Source: Nitrospirota bacterium
Lineage (GTDB): Bacteria; Nitrospirota; Thermodesulfovibrionia; Thermodesulfovibrionales; UBA6898
Assembly: GCA_016217675.1 (NCBI GenBank)
Contig: JACRHC010000072.1
Span: forward strand, 1,742-25,741
Reading direction: 5' to 3'
DNA length: 24,000 bases
Shown piece by piece: positions 14,899 through 22,747 of this stretch (its first letter is position 1; every line of letters starts with the position of its first letter). Made by a program: the position numbers and the translations under genes. Under the pieces are notes generated by a model. That model saw only the letters and a program-made list of their open reading frames with translations. It ran no database searches and had not been told where the DNA came from.

Positions 14899-15519
14899 CT
14901 ATTTTTCTTTAAATCTCAGAGGAGTGGAAATCCGTTCGCAGGCCAGTTCATTGCGGTCATCACGATAGAGATTGCATTTCGCCTTCAGTTCTTTTCTCAG
15001 GCGTGTTCTGGCCCTGTGCAGTCTGATCTTTACGGTATCGGCAGATATGCCGAGGATAGCAGCGATCTCACCGCTGCTCAGCTCTTCAAAATCACTCAGC
15101 ACCAGCACGGTGCGATAGTTTTCCGGCAGCCCATCCGCAATGCCCCGGATACAGTCATTCATTTCCTTCTTGATAAGAGAAGTCTCCAGAGAAGGTTTAT
15201 GGTCTTCCACCCGTAGATACCTGTCCTCAGCCTCTTCGTCATCGTCTCCCCGCTGAACAACGGCAGCCCCTTTCTGCAATGAAAGTGCCCGCAGCCTGTC
15301 CAGTGCAGCGTTGGTTGCAATTTTATAGATCCATGTTGAAAGAGTTGATTTCCCCTTGAAAAACTTCAGACCACGACCGACCTTTATAAAGACGTCCTGG
15401 GCCAGATCATCCGCTTCAGTTTCGTTTACAATGCGCGCCAGATAGCGCCGTATTTTCTCGTTGAAAGCGAGATAGATATCCTGAAACGCCTGATCGAAAG
15501 CCATACTTTCATTTATCAT
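14899..15519 (-). CDS. ECF-type sigma-70 family sigma factor with short Cys-containing C-terminal extension
   Basis: Region 2: ADDLAQDVFIKV...STWIYKIATNAALDRLR. Region 4: LPENYRTVLVLSDFEELSSGEIAAILGISADTVKIRLHRARTRLRKEL. The tail is KCNLYRDDRNELACE. I prefer the ATG at 15519 (MINES..., AGGTG box 6 nt upstream) over the GTG at 15528 used in the track. Confidence 0.85.
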   Translation of the reverse strand: MINESMAFDQAFQDIYLAFNEKIRRYLARIVNETEADDLAQDVFIKVGRGLKFFKGKSTLSTWIYKIATNAALDRLRALSLQKGAAVVQRGDDDEEAEDRYLRVEDHKPSLETSLIKKEMNDCIRGIADGLPENYRTVLVLSDFEELSSGEIAAILGISADTVKIRLHRARTRLRKELKAKCNLYRDDRNELACERISTPLRFKEK

Positions 15520-15534
15520 GCAGGGCACCTATTG

Positions 15535-16224
15535 TCAGAGGATCGTTATCCCGAAATAGACGCCCACTATGACCAGCAATGCTCCGCTGACCTTCTTGGC
15601 ACGTATCGAAAAGTTTCTGGCGCCTTTCGAACTGACTATGCTCTCCGTAAGCCCAACAGACAGTCCTGCTGCGAATATGAGCGCACAATGTCCAAGGGCA
15701 TAAACAAAGAGGAGTGATCCGCCGTATGCCATATCTCCCTGAGTCGAAACATAGGTGAGGATGACCGCAAGAACCGGTGTTGCGCAGGGAGAAGAGACTG
15801 AGCCGGTCAGCATGCCGAGCAGAAAAGCCCCGAGGAGCCCTCTTGCTTTAACCGCTCTTGTCTTCTGAAAGGGCAGGGGTATTGAGATCACCCCCATCAG
15901 CCGAAGTCCCATCAATATAGCTACGACAGCCAACCCGATATAAAGCCATTTACCCATGAATCCGAGAAATTGCCCCATTATTGAAGCAGCGACACCAAGT
16001 AGTGTAAAGGTTATCGAGAGCCCGAGGACAAATACCAAAGAGAAAAGAGCAGCCTTCTTTCTGTTCCCTTCGGAGTAGCCGCCGACGTAGCCTATTATCA
16101 GGGGAATAGCCGCAAGCACACAGGGGCTTGCAGCAGAGATCAGGCCACCAAAGAAGACAGCAACGAAGGCCAATCCTTGCTGATGCTGGATGATCTGCTG
16201 GATATTGTCTAAAATTGCATCCAT
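15535..16224 (-). CDS. ccdA: CcdA/DsbD-family transmembrane thiol:disulfide electron-transfer protein
   Basis: Polytopic membrane protein with the two signature Cys helices: FFGGLISAASPCVLAAIPL and SVSSPCATPVLAVILTYV. I place the start at the ATG at 16224 (MDAILDN...), 1 nt after the hgcB stop. The track extension to 16284 overlaps hgcB. Confidence 0.85.
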   Translation of the reverse strand: MDAILDNIQQIIQHQQGLAFVAVFFGGLISAASPCVLAAIPLIIGYVGGYSEGNRKKAALFSLVFVLGLSITFTLLGVAASIMGQFLGFMGKWLYIGLAVVAILMGLRLMGVISIPLPFQKTRAVKARGLLGAFLLGMLTGSVSSPCATPVLAVILTYVSTQGDMAYGGSLLFVYALGHCALIFAAGLSVGLTESIVSSKGARNFSIRAKKVSGALLVIVGVYFGITIL

Positions 16225-16225
16225 A

Positions 16226-16522
16226 TCAGCAGCAGTCGCCGTTCTTGTTTTTGCCGCTGCAGTCGCATGAAGGCTCACCGCCACTTACTATGCTGTTGAT
16301 AACGGCAGCAGCGCAGCCCACGCCCTTGTTTACGTTAAGCGCCTTGAAAGCGCAATTGTTGACACAAGCTCCGCATTCCATGCATTGGTCCCTGTCCAGA
16401 ATGACCGCTTTCTTGTTTTCCATGGCGAAGACTCCATGCGGGCAGACCTCGATGCAGATTCCGCAGCCAACACAGCGCTCGGGGAAGATCTCAAGGCTCG
16501 CAACATTTGAGAGATATTTCAT
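16226..16522 (-). CDS. hgcB: HgcB, 2x[4Fe-4S] ferredoxin of the mercury methylation pair
   Basis: Two CX2CX2CX3CP motifs are present: CVGCGICIEVCP and CMECGACVNNC. The conserved GVGCAAA Cys and the C-terminal Cys cluster ending in CC (CDCSGKNKNGDCC) are also present. The ATG at 16522 overlaps the hgcA stop (ATGA) with a GGAGG box 5 nt upstream. The track start at 16534 is a GTG. Confidence 0.85.
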   Translation of the reverse strand: MKYLSNVASLEIFPERCVGCGICIEVCPHGVFAMENKKAVILDRDQCMECGACVNNCAFKALNVNKGVGCAAAVINSIVSGGEPSCDCSGKNKNGDCC

Positions 16523-17613
16523 AAGACCCTCCACTCACCAAGCTTATAGACGAGCAGGAGGATCAGGGAGACCACTACACCAGAAATATACAGAGGGATG
16601 GACATCTTCAATTCCTTTTTGACGCCGGATATTCCGGTAAACGTACTCGCTCCGGTAAACTGCAGCGCGATATATGAACTCGCCAAAGGAAAAAACAGAT
16701 ACGTAGAAATGAGCAGGACCGTATTTAAATGCCTGAACATCGCAATGAATGTCGTGGACAGAAAGATAGCAAGCAGTCCTGTTATCCAGCCTTTAACGGC
16801 AAAAGACCTGAAAGGAATAAATGGCAGAAGCACAGGGGTTACCAGAGCACCGGCAATTACGGATATAAGACCAAGCAGGAGAAACGGTAAACCGCCGACC
16901 AGGGCCTCCCTGAAGAATATTCCTCCAGGCTGAAGACCGAATATAGACAGAATGATCAGGGCATACCATGGATAGTATTTTTTCATGGCAGGATTGATTT
17001 CCATCGGCGTAAGGATCAATCTGTCGAAAAGCGGAAACGTAACAGTCCTCATTTCCCCTGTTGCCTGATACCCGGCGGCGATATAAGCCCGGATATCTTC
17101 AGCCCGCACAGGTCCATAGCTGACCTTGAACCCTGAGGCTTTCTTCACCCCGTATGCACTGATACCCGGAGCCCCGAGCTGAGGCACGATAATCTTATTG
17201 TGGTTGACGACCCTGTCCAGTTGTGTGAGGGAGATGCGCTGCACCAATTCATCTGTTCCAAAGGTGCCTTTGCCGGCCGCGCACCACACATTGATGCCCT
17301 TTGTATCAAGAACAAGCACCCAGGCGTTCAGACCCTTTAAGGCCTTCCTGAGCACATCAAAGCTGAGCTTGTAATTGGCGCTTACAAACACGTCTGAGGC
17401 CTTATCAGGCGCGCCGACGGCATAGAGCCCAGGAGTAACCGTATAGTTATTTCTGAATGCGGTGGTCCTGCACCTGATGTTCTCCCAGTAGTCTGATGGT
17501 GCAAGGTCGGTTGATACTATAGGGATTGCAGCGGCATCAGTCATGATAGTGCCGGTGACCCATGCAGACCGCTCTTTTTCGCTACTCATCTTTATGAATT
17601 TCAGTTCCGCCAT
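16519..17613 (-). CDS. hgcA: HgcA, corrinoid protein of the mercury methylation pair
   Basis: 364-aa ORF. It has the diagnostic cap-helix motif GINVWCAAGKGTFGT within ANYKLSFDVLRKAL...WVLVLDTKGINVWCAAGK...VPQLGAPGI...YGPVRAEDI. This is followed by a C-terminal multi-helix TM domain. A GGAGG box lies 8 nt before the ATG. Confidence 0.88.
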   Translation of the reverse strand: MAELKFIKMSSEKERSAWVTGTIMTDAAAIPIVSTDLAPSDYWENIRCRTTAFRNNYTVTPGLYAVGAPDKASDVFVSANYKLSFDVLRKALKGLNAWVLVLDTKGINVWCAAGKGTFGTDELVQRISLTQLDRVVNHNKIIVPQLGAPGISAYGVKKASGFKVSYGPVRAEDIRAYIAAGYQATGEMRTVTFPLFDRLILTPMEINPAMKKYYPWYALIILSIFGLQPGGIFFREALVGGLPFLLLGLISVIAGALVTPVLLPFIPFRSFAVKGWITGLLAIFLSTTFIAMFRHLNTVLLISTYLFFPLASSYIALQFTGASTFTGISGVKKELKMSIPLYISGVVVSLILLLVYKLGEWRVL

Positions 17614-17695
17614 AACAGTGCCTCCTTGATGATCTTCCAGGGCAGCTCATTGACTATTTCAACGCAGTTTTCCATGGTGATCAAAAGAGATTCTC

Positions 17696-17923
17696 TCATG
17701 CGATCTGCCCTTTCGCCTTGTCCGCAACACGGCGAACATCTCCGAGGCATCACCTGCCCTGGGGGTGGTTCGTCTTACAGTTGCATCCACCCCTTTTCTT
17801 CTCGCTGAGTATTCGTTCCAGGATTGAGGAGATGCCGTTGTTTTCAAGAACATCCCTGATAATGTCCTCCTCAGAGTATCCAAAACAGTAACAGATAGGA
17901 TTATTTCCGATGGATGTCTTCAT
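17696..17923 (-). CDS. small Cys-rich BFD-like/metallochaperone-like protein with in-frame TGA (17750..17752), candidate selenoprotein
   Basis: Not in the ORF track. My translation from the ATG at 17923 (ATGA overlap with the upstream thioredoxin stop) is [77 protein letters not shown]-stop. The C.C ... C.C..N.P.G.(U/C)CLG.V pattern matches, from memory, a family annotated as CopZ-family or 2Fe-2S-binding proteins that has CC at this position. Confidence 0.6.
17712..17736 (-). ncRNA. candidate SECIS hairpin downstream of the TGA at 17750..17752
   Basis: In the mRNA, UUCGCC and GGCGAA form a 6-bp stem starting 14 nt after the UGA, around a 13-nt G/U-containing loop. An alternative register is GUUCGC/GCGGAC with loop CGUGUU. 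Confidence 0.4.
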
Positions 17924-18309
17924 ATGCCTGCCTTTTTCAATACTGGGACGATTTCTTCATAACCGTAAAATCCGACATGCCGATGCAGCTCCTTGCCGGC
18001 TTTATCCAGGAATACCTGGGTCGGTATCATAGTGACTCCGAACCTCCTACCGTTCTCCCCATCTTTTCGAATATCCACAAAAATGACTTCTATCTTTCCC
18101 TTGTAATTCGTCCGCAGTTTTTCCATGACCGGCTTCATCTGTTCGCACGGGATACAACCAACCGACCCCAGTTCGAGCATCACAATCTTGCCCTCTTTCT
18201 TTGCCTTATTCAATACATCATCAATGCCTGCTGCATTGCTGCATCCCCCAAAAACAATAACAGCTATTAAGCTGAACAAGATGGAAAATCTCTCAACTTT
18301 GGCCTTCAT
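17920..18309 (-). CDS. thioredoxin-fold (TlpA/ResA-like) lipoprotein with CxxC
   Basis: 129-aa ORF. It has a signal peptide with a lipobox-like VFGGC. The active site is [14 protein letters not shown], and a cis-Pro region reads VTMIPTQVF. The gene overlaps acr3 by 4 nt and the downstream small ORF by 4 nt. Confidence 0.8.
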   Translation of the reverse strand: MKAKVERFSILFSLIAVIVFGGCSNAAGIDDVLNKAKKEGKIVMLELGSVGCIPCEQMKPVMEKLRTNYKGKIEVIFVDIRKDGENGRRFGVTMIPTQVFLDKAGKELHRHVGFYGYEEIVPVLKKAGI

Positions 18310-19391
18310 AATGCACTCGTTCCTTTTACACGACAGTATTCAACGCTGAAATATTTCCTTTGGAAGTAGAGCGCGACATTCACCAGCCCGATCAGGACCG
18401 GCACCTCGACGAGCGGGCCTATGACAGCTGCAAAGGCAGCGCCTGAGTTGATGCCGAAGACCGCAACTGCGACCGCAATGGCAAGTTCAAAATTATTGCT
18501 TGCCGCCGTGAAAGAGAGCGTGGCAGTTTTCGGATAATCAGCGCCTATCTTCTTTCCCATATAAAAGGAAACAAGAAACATCACCACAAAATAGATCAGC
18601 AGAGGCACGGCAATCCGCAGGACGTCCAGCGGCAACTTCACAATGTAATTGCCTTTGAGGGAGAACATCACCACAATCGTAAAGAGGAGCGATATGAGGG
18701 TAATGGGACTTATCCTCGGGATAAAGCTCTTCTCATACCACTCCCGGCTCTTCACTTTGAGCAGGACGAATCGGGTAATCATGCCTGCAAGGAAAGGTAT
18801 ACCGAGATAAATGAAGACGCTTTCTGCAATCTGGCCTATGGTCACATTGACCACAACGCCCTTGAGTCCGAACCACGCAGGAAGGACGGTTATAAAAACA
18901 TAGGCATAGACAGAGAAGAAGAGCACCTGAAAAATAGAGTTGAATGCCACAAGTCCGGCTACATACTCGGCATCCCCGCAGGCAAGGTCGTTCCAGACTA
19001 TTACCATGGCAATACACCGTGCAAGGCCGATCATTATCAGGCCGACCATATATTCCGGGTACCCGGAAAGGAATGCGGTCGCAAGCAGAAACATCAGGAC
19101 AGGGCCGATGATCCAGTTCTGTATCAGCGACAGCAGAAGGATCTTCCTGTTCCTGAAGACTTCCCCTAATTCCTCGTATTTAACTTTTGCCAACGGAGGG
19201 TACATCATGAGGATGAGACCAATGGCAATCGGTATGTTCGTAGTACCGACCTGAAACTGATTGATGAACCCCTCTGTCTCAGGCATGAAATATCCGAGGC
19301 CGACACCGAGGGCCATTGCGCCAAATATCCATAGCGTAAGAAGGCGGTCAAGGAAAGAAAGTCTCTTGCCTGTCTTTTCTGGCATCGTCAT
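18306..19391 (-). CDS. acr3: Acr3-family arsenite efflux permease
   Basis: About 361 aa, polytopic. The N-terminus [25 protein letters not shown] and the overall pattern are typical of ACR3. I prefer the ATG at 19391, 2 nt after the arsR stop. The track start at 19403 is a GTG inside arsR. Confidence 0.88.
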   Translation of the reverse strand: MTMPEKTGKRLSFLDRLLTLWIFGAMALGVGLGYFMPETEGFINQFQVGTTNIPIAIGLILMMYPPLAKVKYEELGEVFRNRKILLLSLIQNWIIGPVLMFLLATAFLSGYPEYMVGLIMIGLARCIAMVIVWNDLACGDAEYVAGLVAFNSIFQVLFFSVYAYVFITVLPAWFGLKGVVVNVTIGQIAESVFIYLGIPFLAGMITRFVLLKVKSREWYEKSFIPRISPITLISLLFTIVVMFSLKGNYIVKLPLDVLRIAVPLLIYFVVMFLVSFYMGKKIGADYPKTATLSFTAASNNFELAIAVAVAVFGINSGAAFAAVIGPLVEVPVLIGLVNVALYFQRKYFSVEYCRVKGTSAL

Positions 19392-19393
19392 TC

Positions 19394-19765
19394 TCAGCAG
19401 CACCTTTTCTTATCGTTGAGAGGAACAACCTTCCCTCTCGTTCCCTTGCCATGGATGAAATCGTTCAGCCTGGATAAATCTCCGGCCATAAACTTCGTAT
19501 CGATCTTCTCTGTGACTGATAGTACAAGCATTCGCCTGAACATATCATCTGCTTCGATTCTGTAATGCGTCCATTTCCCCTGCTTCCGGTCCTTGATCAA
19601 GCCGGCCTCTTTCAGTGCGTTCAGGTGAAAGGAGATCTTCGGCTGGCTCATATCCAGTGCAGCGACAAGATCGCAGACGCAGAGTTCCCCGCCTTCCAGC
19701 AGCTTAATGATCCTGAGCCTCGTCTCCTCCGCAAGCGCCTTAAATACAACAAGAAGATCTTCCAT
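19394..19765 (-). CDS. arsR: ArsR/SmtB-family metalloregulator
   Basis: 123-aa ORF. It has [44 protein letters not shown], a winged HTH with the CVC As(III)-type site. The C-terminus ends KKRCC. Confidence 0.9.
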   Translation of the reverse strand: MEDLLVVFKALAEETRLRIIKLLEGGELCVCDLVAALDMSQPKISFHLNALKEAGLIKDRKQGKWTHYRIEADDMFRRMLVLSVTEKIDTKFMAGDLSRLNDFIHGKGTRGKVVPLNDKKRCC

Positions 19766-19771
19766 ATTCTT

Positions 19772-20017
19772 CTAACCCTCCGTTTTTATCATTTCTTTCA
19801 CCTTCTCAAGGCTCGGCAACGGTTTGCCGGAGTGTTTGAGTTTACCGTTCACCACGAGCCCAGGGGTGGACATGGTATATTTCATGATCTCCTGAAGATC
19901 GGCAATCTTCTCGATCCTTGCTTCAATGCGGAGTTCCCTGACAGCGGTCTGAGCCAGTTTTTCCATTGTGTGACAGTTTGCACATCCTGGCCCTAATATT
20001 TTGATTTCCATATTCAT
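19772..20017 (-). CDS. small thioredoxin-fold protein (redox-active disulfide protein 2 type)
   Basis: KILGPGCANCH...MSTPGLVVNGK shows a CxxC plus a cis-Pro thioredoxin fold of about 80 aa. It sits next to a CSC permease, which is a common pairing. The ATG at 20011 has better spacing to the AGGAGG box than the ATG at 20017. Confidence 0.8.
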   Translation of the reverse strand: MNMEIKILGPGCANCHTMEKLAQTAVRELRIEARIEKIADLQEIMKYTMSTPGLVVNGKLKHSGKPLPSLEKVKEMIKTEG

Positions 20018-20022
20018 GCCTC

Positions 20023-20973
20023 CTATAAAATCGCATTAAAAAGATATCCGACCGCAGTAATAGTTACCGTCATGATCCCGACAAATACTGCAAGCAAAGG
20101 GACCTTTAACACTTTCCTCAAAATGATCATCTCCGGAAGGGAGAGCGCTGTTACTGCCATCATAAAGGCGAGCACGGTCCCCGTGCTCAGGCCCTTCTCC
20201 ATAAGAGCATAGACGATCGGGATCACACCAGCTGCATTTGAGTAGAGCGGGACGCCAAGCGCCACCGCAATGGGTACTGCGAAGGGATTCTGAGGTCCTG
20301 CATATTTCACCAGAAAATCCTGGGGAACATACCCGTGGATGAAACCACCTATACCTATGGCGACAATAATATAAGGCCAGACTTTTTTCACGATATCGAT
20401 AGTGTTCCATTTTGCATATTGCAGGCGGTCTTTGAAGACCTGCTTTGCAATTTCCTGGCCCTCGCCGATCCGGATCTTATAAACATATTCCTGCACCCAC
20501 TTTTCGAGTTTCAGTCTGCCGATAATAAACCCGCCAATTAAGGCAACAAACAGGCCTGTACCCAGATAGAGCGCAGCGATCTTCCAGCCGAAGAGTCCCC
20601 AGAGAAGAACTACAGCCACCTCATTTACCATTGGTGAGGAGATCAGAAAAGAGAAGGTTACCCCAAGGGGTACACCAGCCTCTATGAAGCCTATAAACAG
20701 GGGAACAGCTGAGCAGGAACAAAATGGAGTAACAATTCCCAGGAGTGCGGCAAGGATATTTCCTATAAACTCTTTTTTATGCGAAAGTATTTTCTTCGTG
20801 CGCTCGGGAGGGAAGTAACTTCTGATAAAAGAAACAGCGAATATGATGATCATGAGGAGCAGGAAGATCTTGATTGTGTCGTATATGAAAAATTCTACTG
20901 CAGCTGCGAGTTTTGAATCCGGCGCAAGGGACAGCCAGTTGTAGGTGACAAGAGAGGAGAATTCATGGAGCAT
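20023..20973 (-). CDS. ArsP-like / DUF318-type permease with TPFCSCS motif
   Basis: 316-aa polytopic protein. GIVTPFCSCSAVPLFIGF is the vicinal-Cys motif of the permease family that includes the organoarsenical exporter ArsP. No Shine-Dalgarno box precedes the ATG. Confidence 0.78.
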   Translation of the reverse strand: MLHEFSSLVTYNWLSLAPDSKLAAAVEFFIYDTIKIFLLLMIIIFAVSFIRSYFPPERTKKILSHKKEFIGNILAALLGIVTPFCSCSAVPLFIGFIEAGVPLGVTFSFLISSPMVNEVAVVLLWGLFGWKIAALYLGTGLFVALIGGFIIGRLKLEKWVQEYVYKIRIGEGQEIAKQVFKDRLQYAKWNTIDIVKKVWPYIIVAIGIGGFIHGYVPQDFLVKYAGPQNPFAVPIAVALGVPLYSNAAGVIPIVYALMEKGLSTGTVLAFMMAVTALSLPEMIILRKVLKVPLLAVFVGIMTVTITAVGYLFNAIL

Positions 20974-20975
20974 GT

Positions 20976-21008
20976 ATCATATAAACATAGGTTTATATGA
21001 TATGTCAA
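20976..21008 (-). promoter_or_regulatory. perfect 11-4-11 palindrome (candidate ArsR operator) abutting a TTGACA -35 box
   Basis: ATCATATAAAC-ATAG-GTTTATATGAT occupies 20976..21001. TTGACA (minus strand) lies at 21003..21008. In the gene sense the sequence reads TTGACATATCATATAAACCTATGTTTATATGATACATG. The palindrome therefore covers the spacer and -10 region and ends 2 nt from the permease ATG. Confidence 0.5.
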
Positions 21009-21033
21009 CGCCATGAATCCCTTCTCTCAGCCT

Positions 21034-21366
21034 TTATGCAGTTTCGGAACTCCTCAGCGCTTCAGGCACCGGGTCAATCACGTTGTCGATCTTCATGAGG
21101 TCCTCCATTACCTCATGCTCGCTGTATGAGTACACAAGATCAGCCGCAGCCACATGGGCAAGGGCCTGTATAGCCTTCAGCTTCCGCATCTCGTCGCTCA
21201 CATCCCTGCCCTCAATGGTAACAATAATCTTCCCGGATGTATCATGAAAAAAGACCTCGCAGAGCCCCGATGCTTTAAGCAGCCCGATGACCTTTTCAAC
21301 ATGCTCAGGAGCGGTCTTGATGACCAGGCTCGAAACATTCATCGGAAGATCCTGCCGGCCCTTCAT
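21034..21366 (-). CDS. napD: NapD-like chaperone for NapA
   Basis: 110-aa ORF. VSSLVIKTAPEHVEKVIGLLKASGLCEVFFHDTSGKIIVTIEG matches the NapD ferredoxin-like fold pattern. It sits in a nap operon and its start overlaps the napB stop (ATGA). Confidence 0.75.
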   Translation of the reverse strand: MKGRQDLPMNVSSLVIKTAPEHVEKVIGLLKASGLCEVFFHDTSGKIIVTIEGRDVSDEMRKLKAIQALAHVAAADLVYSYSEHEVMEDLMKIDNVIDPVPEALRSSETA

Positions 21367-21908
21367 TTTACCCCCTCATTTAAGGTATCAAGGAGGCCGG
21401 AGCTGGTCTTTGACTTCTTGCTCCGGAAGTCAGCCTTGAACGTGTTCTTGATCGGTTCAGGAATGTTCACCTGGGGCACATGGCACTGCATACAGGGATA
21501 GCGTTTATTATCAAGCTGGCCTTTAAGGTCCTTGCCGGTCTCCATATCAAAGAAGTGCGATTTTGGCAGGGCTGTTGCGCCAAGTGCTTTCGCGTGCTCA
21601 GGCATATGACAGTTAAGGCATGCGTTGTTCGTCTCTGAAACGGGAAGCATGCCTGTCAGATCATGGGGGATAAGCGGCGGGCTGTTTTCGAAGGCCCGCT
21701 CTATCCGCTTGCTCTTGCCCGGCTCTGTCTTTGAATATTCGCCATGATCGGGTTTTTCCTTCTCTTCACTGTAAAGCGACTGCTTTCTAAAGCCCATATC
21801 CTCTTCGCTCTGCTCTTTCTTCTTGGAATCAGCCAGGGCAAGCCCACTCCCGAGACAGAATACCACAGCGATTCCTGCTGCAAAAAATCTCCTGCTGATG
21901 GATTTCAT
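21363..21908 (-). CDS. napB: NapB, dihaem cytochrome c subunit of periplasmic nitrate reductase
   Basis: It has a signal peptide and two CxxCH motifs (CLNCHMPEH and CMQCHVPQ) in a NapB-like context (SPPLIPH). I prefer the ATG at 21908 (AGGAGG box 6 nt upstream) over the ATG at 21923. Confidence 0.85.
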   Translation of the reverse strand: MKSISRRFFAAGIAVVFCLGSGLALADSKKKEQSEEDMGFRKQSLYSEEKEKPDHGEYSKTEPGKSKRIERAFENSPPLIPHDLTGMLPVSETNNACLNCHMPEHAKALGATALPKSHFFDMETGKDLKGQLDNKRYPCMQCHVPQVNIPEPIKNTFKADFRSKKSKTSSGLLDTLNEGVK

Positions 21909-21930
21909 AGCTCCCTCCTTCATGCCTTAA

Positions 21931-22746
21931 TTAACCATTATTATGTTTACCCGTCCGAAATCCCAATTTCATTGCATGCTCACTGCATACATCCATGCAT
22001 TTCGCGCAATTCGTGCATTCACCTGAGGTGACAAAACTGCTTGCTATCCCCACCATCGGAAGCACCTGCTGCTCAGGGCAGTGTTCGATGCACTGCATAC
22101 AATGCGTACAGTTATCCTTCAGGTGCCGCACCCGGATGAAACTGAACTTTCCTGCAAGCGAATAGAAGGCCCCCAACGGACAGACATGGCCGCAGAATCC
22201 ATACTGCACCAAGAGCAGATCAAAAAGAAATACTGCGACGATGGCTGTCCACCCGGCTCCCATACCAAAAATGAGCCCGCGATGAAGGGTCGAGATCGGG
22301 CTGATCCACTCAAAGGCTGCTATGCCGAGCACGGCTGAAAGCACGAGTGCAAGCCCGGCCGCCCAGTACCTGACATTCCGGTCCATGCGCAACGATATGC
22401 CTGCCTTTGCCGGCAGAACTCTTCTCAGCCTGTTGGCAAGGTCGGTGATCATATTCATCGGACAGACCCAGCTGCAGAATGCCCGGCCGCCGACAACAGC
22501 AAAAAATACAAAGATGAGAGCGCCCCCGATAAGGGCTTCGCGCGACGCAATATTGCCGGTCGCAGTCATCTGAAGCAGGGCAAACGGATCTGTCAGAGGA
22601 ACAACATCGAGAAGCCGGGAAGTGCTGAGATTGCCCCTCAAAACCTTCCATCCGTACAGATTGCCTCCGATGAAAAGGGCAAGGATCGAGATCTGCGAGA
22701 GTCTCCGCAATATCAGATAGCGGTTTCTATACATAAAATCTCGCAT
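21931..22746 (-). CDS. napH: NapH, membrane-bound ferredoxin-type quinol dehydrogenase subunit
   Basis: The protein has four TM helices. It carries CSWVCP and CGHVCP motifs plus two C-terminal 4Fe-4S motifs (CTHCMQCIEHCP and CTNCAKCMDVC). Confidence 0.88.
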   Translation of the reverse strand: MRDFMYRNRYLILRRLSQISILALFIGGNLYGWKVLRGNLSTSRLLDVVPLTDPFALLQMTATGNIASREALIGGALIFVFFAVVGGRAFCSWVCPMNMITDLANRLRRVLPAKAGISLRMDRNVRYWAAGLALVLSAVLGIAAFEWISPISTLHRGLIFGMGAGWTAIVAVFLFDLLLVQYGFCGHVCPLGAFYSLAGKFSFIRVRHLKDNCTHCMQCIEHCPEQQVLPMVGIASSFVTSGECTNCAKCMDVCSEHAMKLGFRTGKHNNG

Positions 22747-22747
22747 C

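Noticed and set aside
17659-17883. 74-aa minus-strand track ORF between the thioredoxin gene and hgcA
   Set aside because: It is Arg/Thr-rich with no motif, ribosome-binding site or coupling. Another frame in the same region gives a Cys-motif protein whose ATG is coupled (ATGA) to the upstream gene. I prefer that frame, read with the TGA as Sec.
18733-19017. 94-aa Cys/Arg-rich minus-strand ORF inside acr3. Similar cases are 20036..20410 inside the permease, and 22310..22651, 22119..22313 and 22801..23037 inside napH/napG
   Set aside because: These are alternative frames of well-supported membrane or ferredoxin genes. Their composition is typical of out-of-frame translation.
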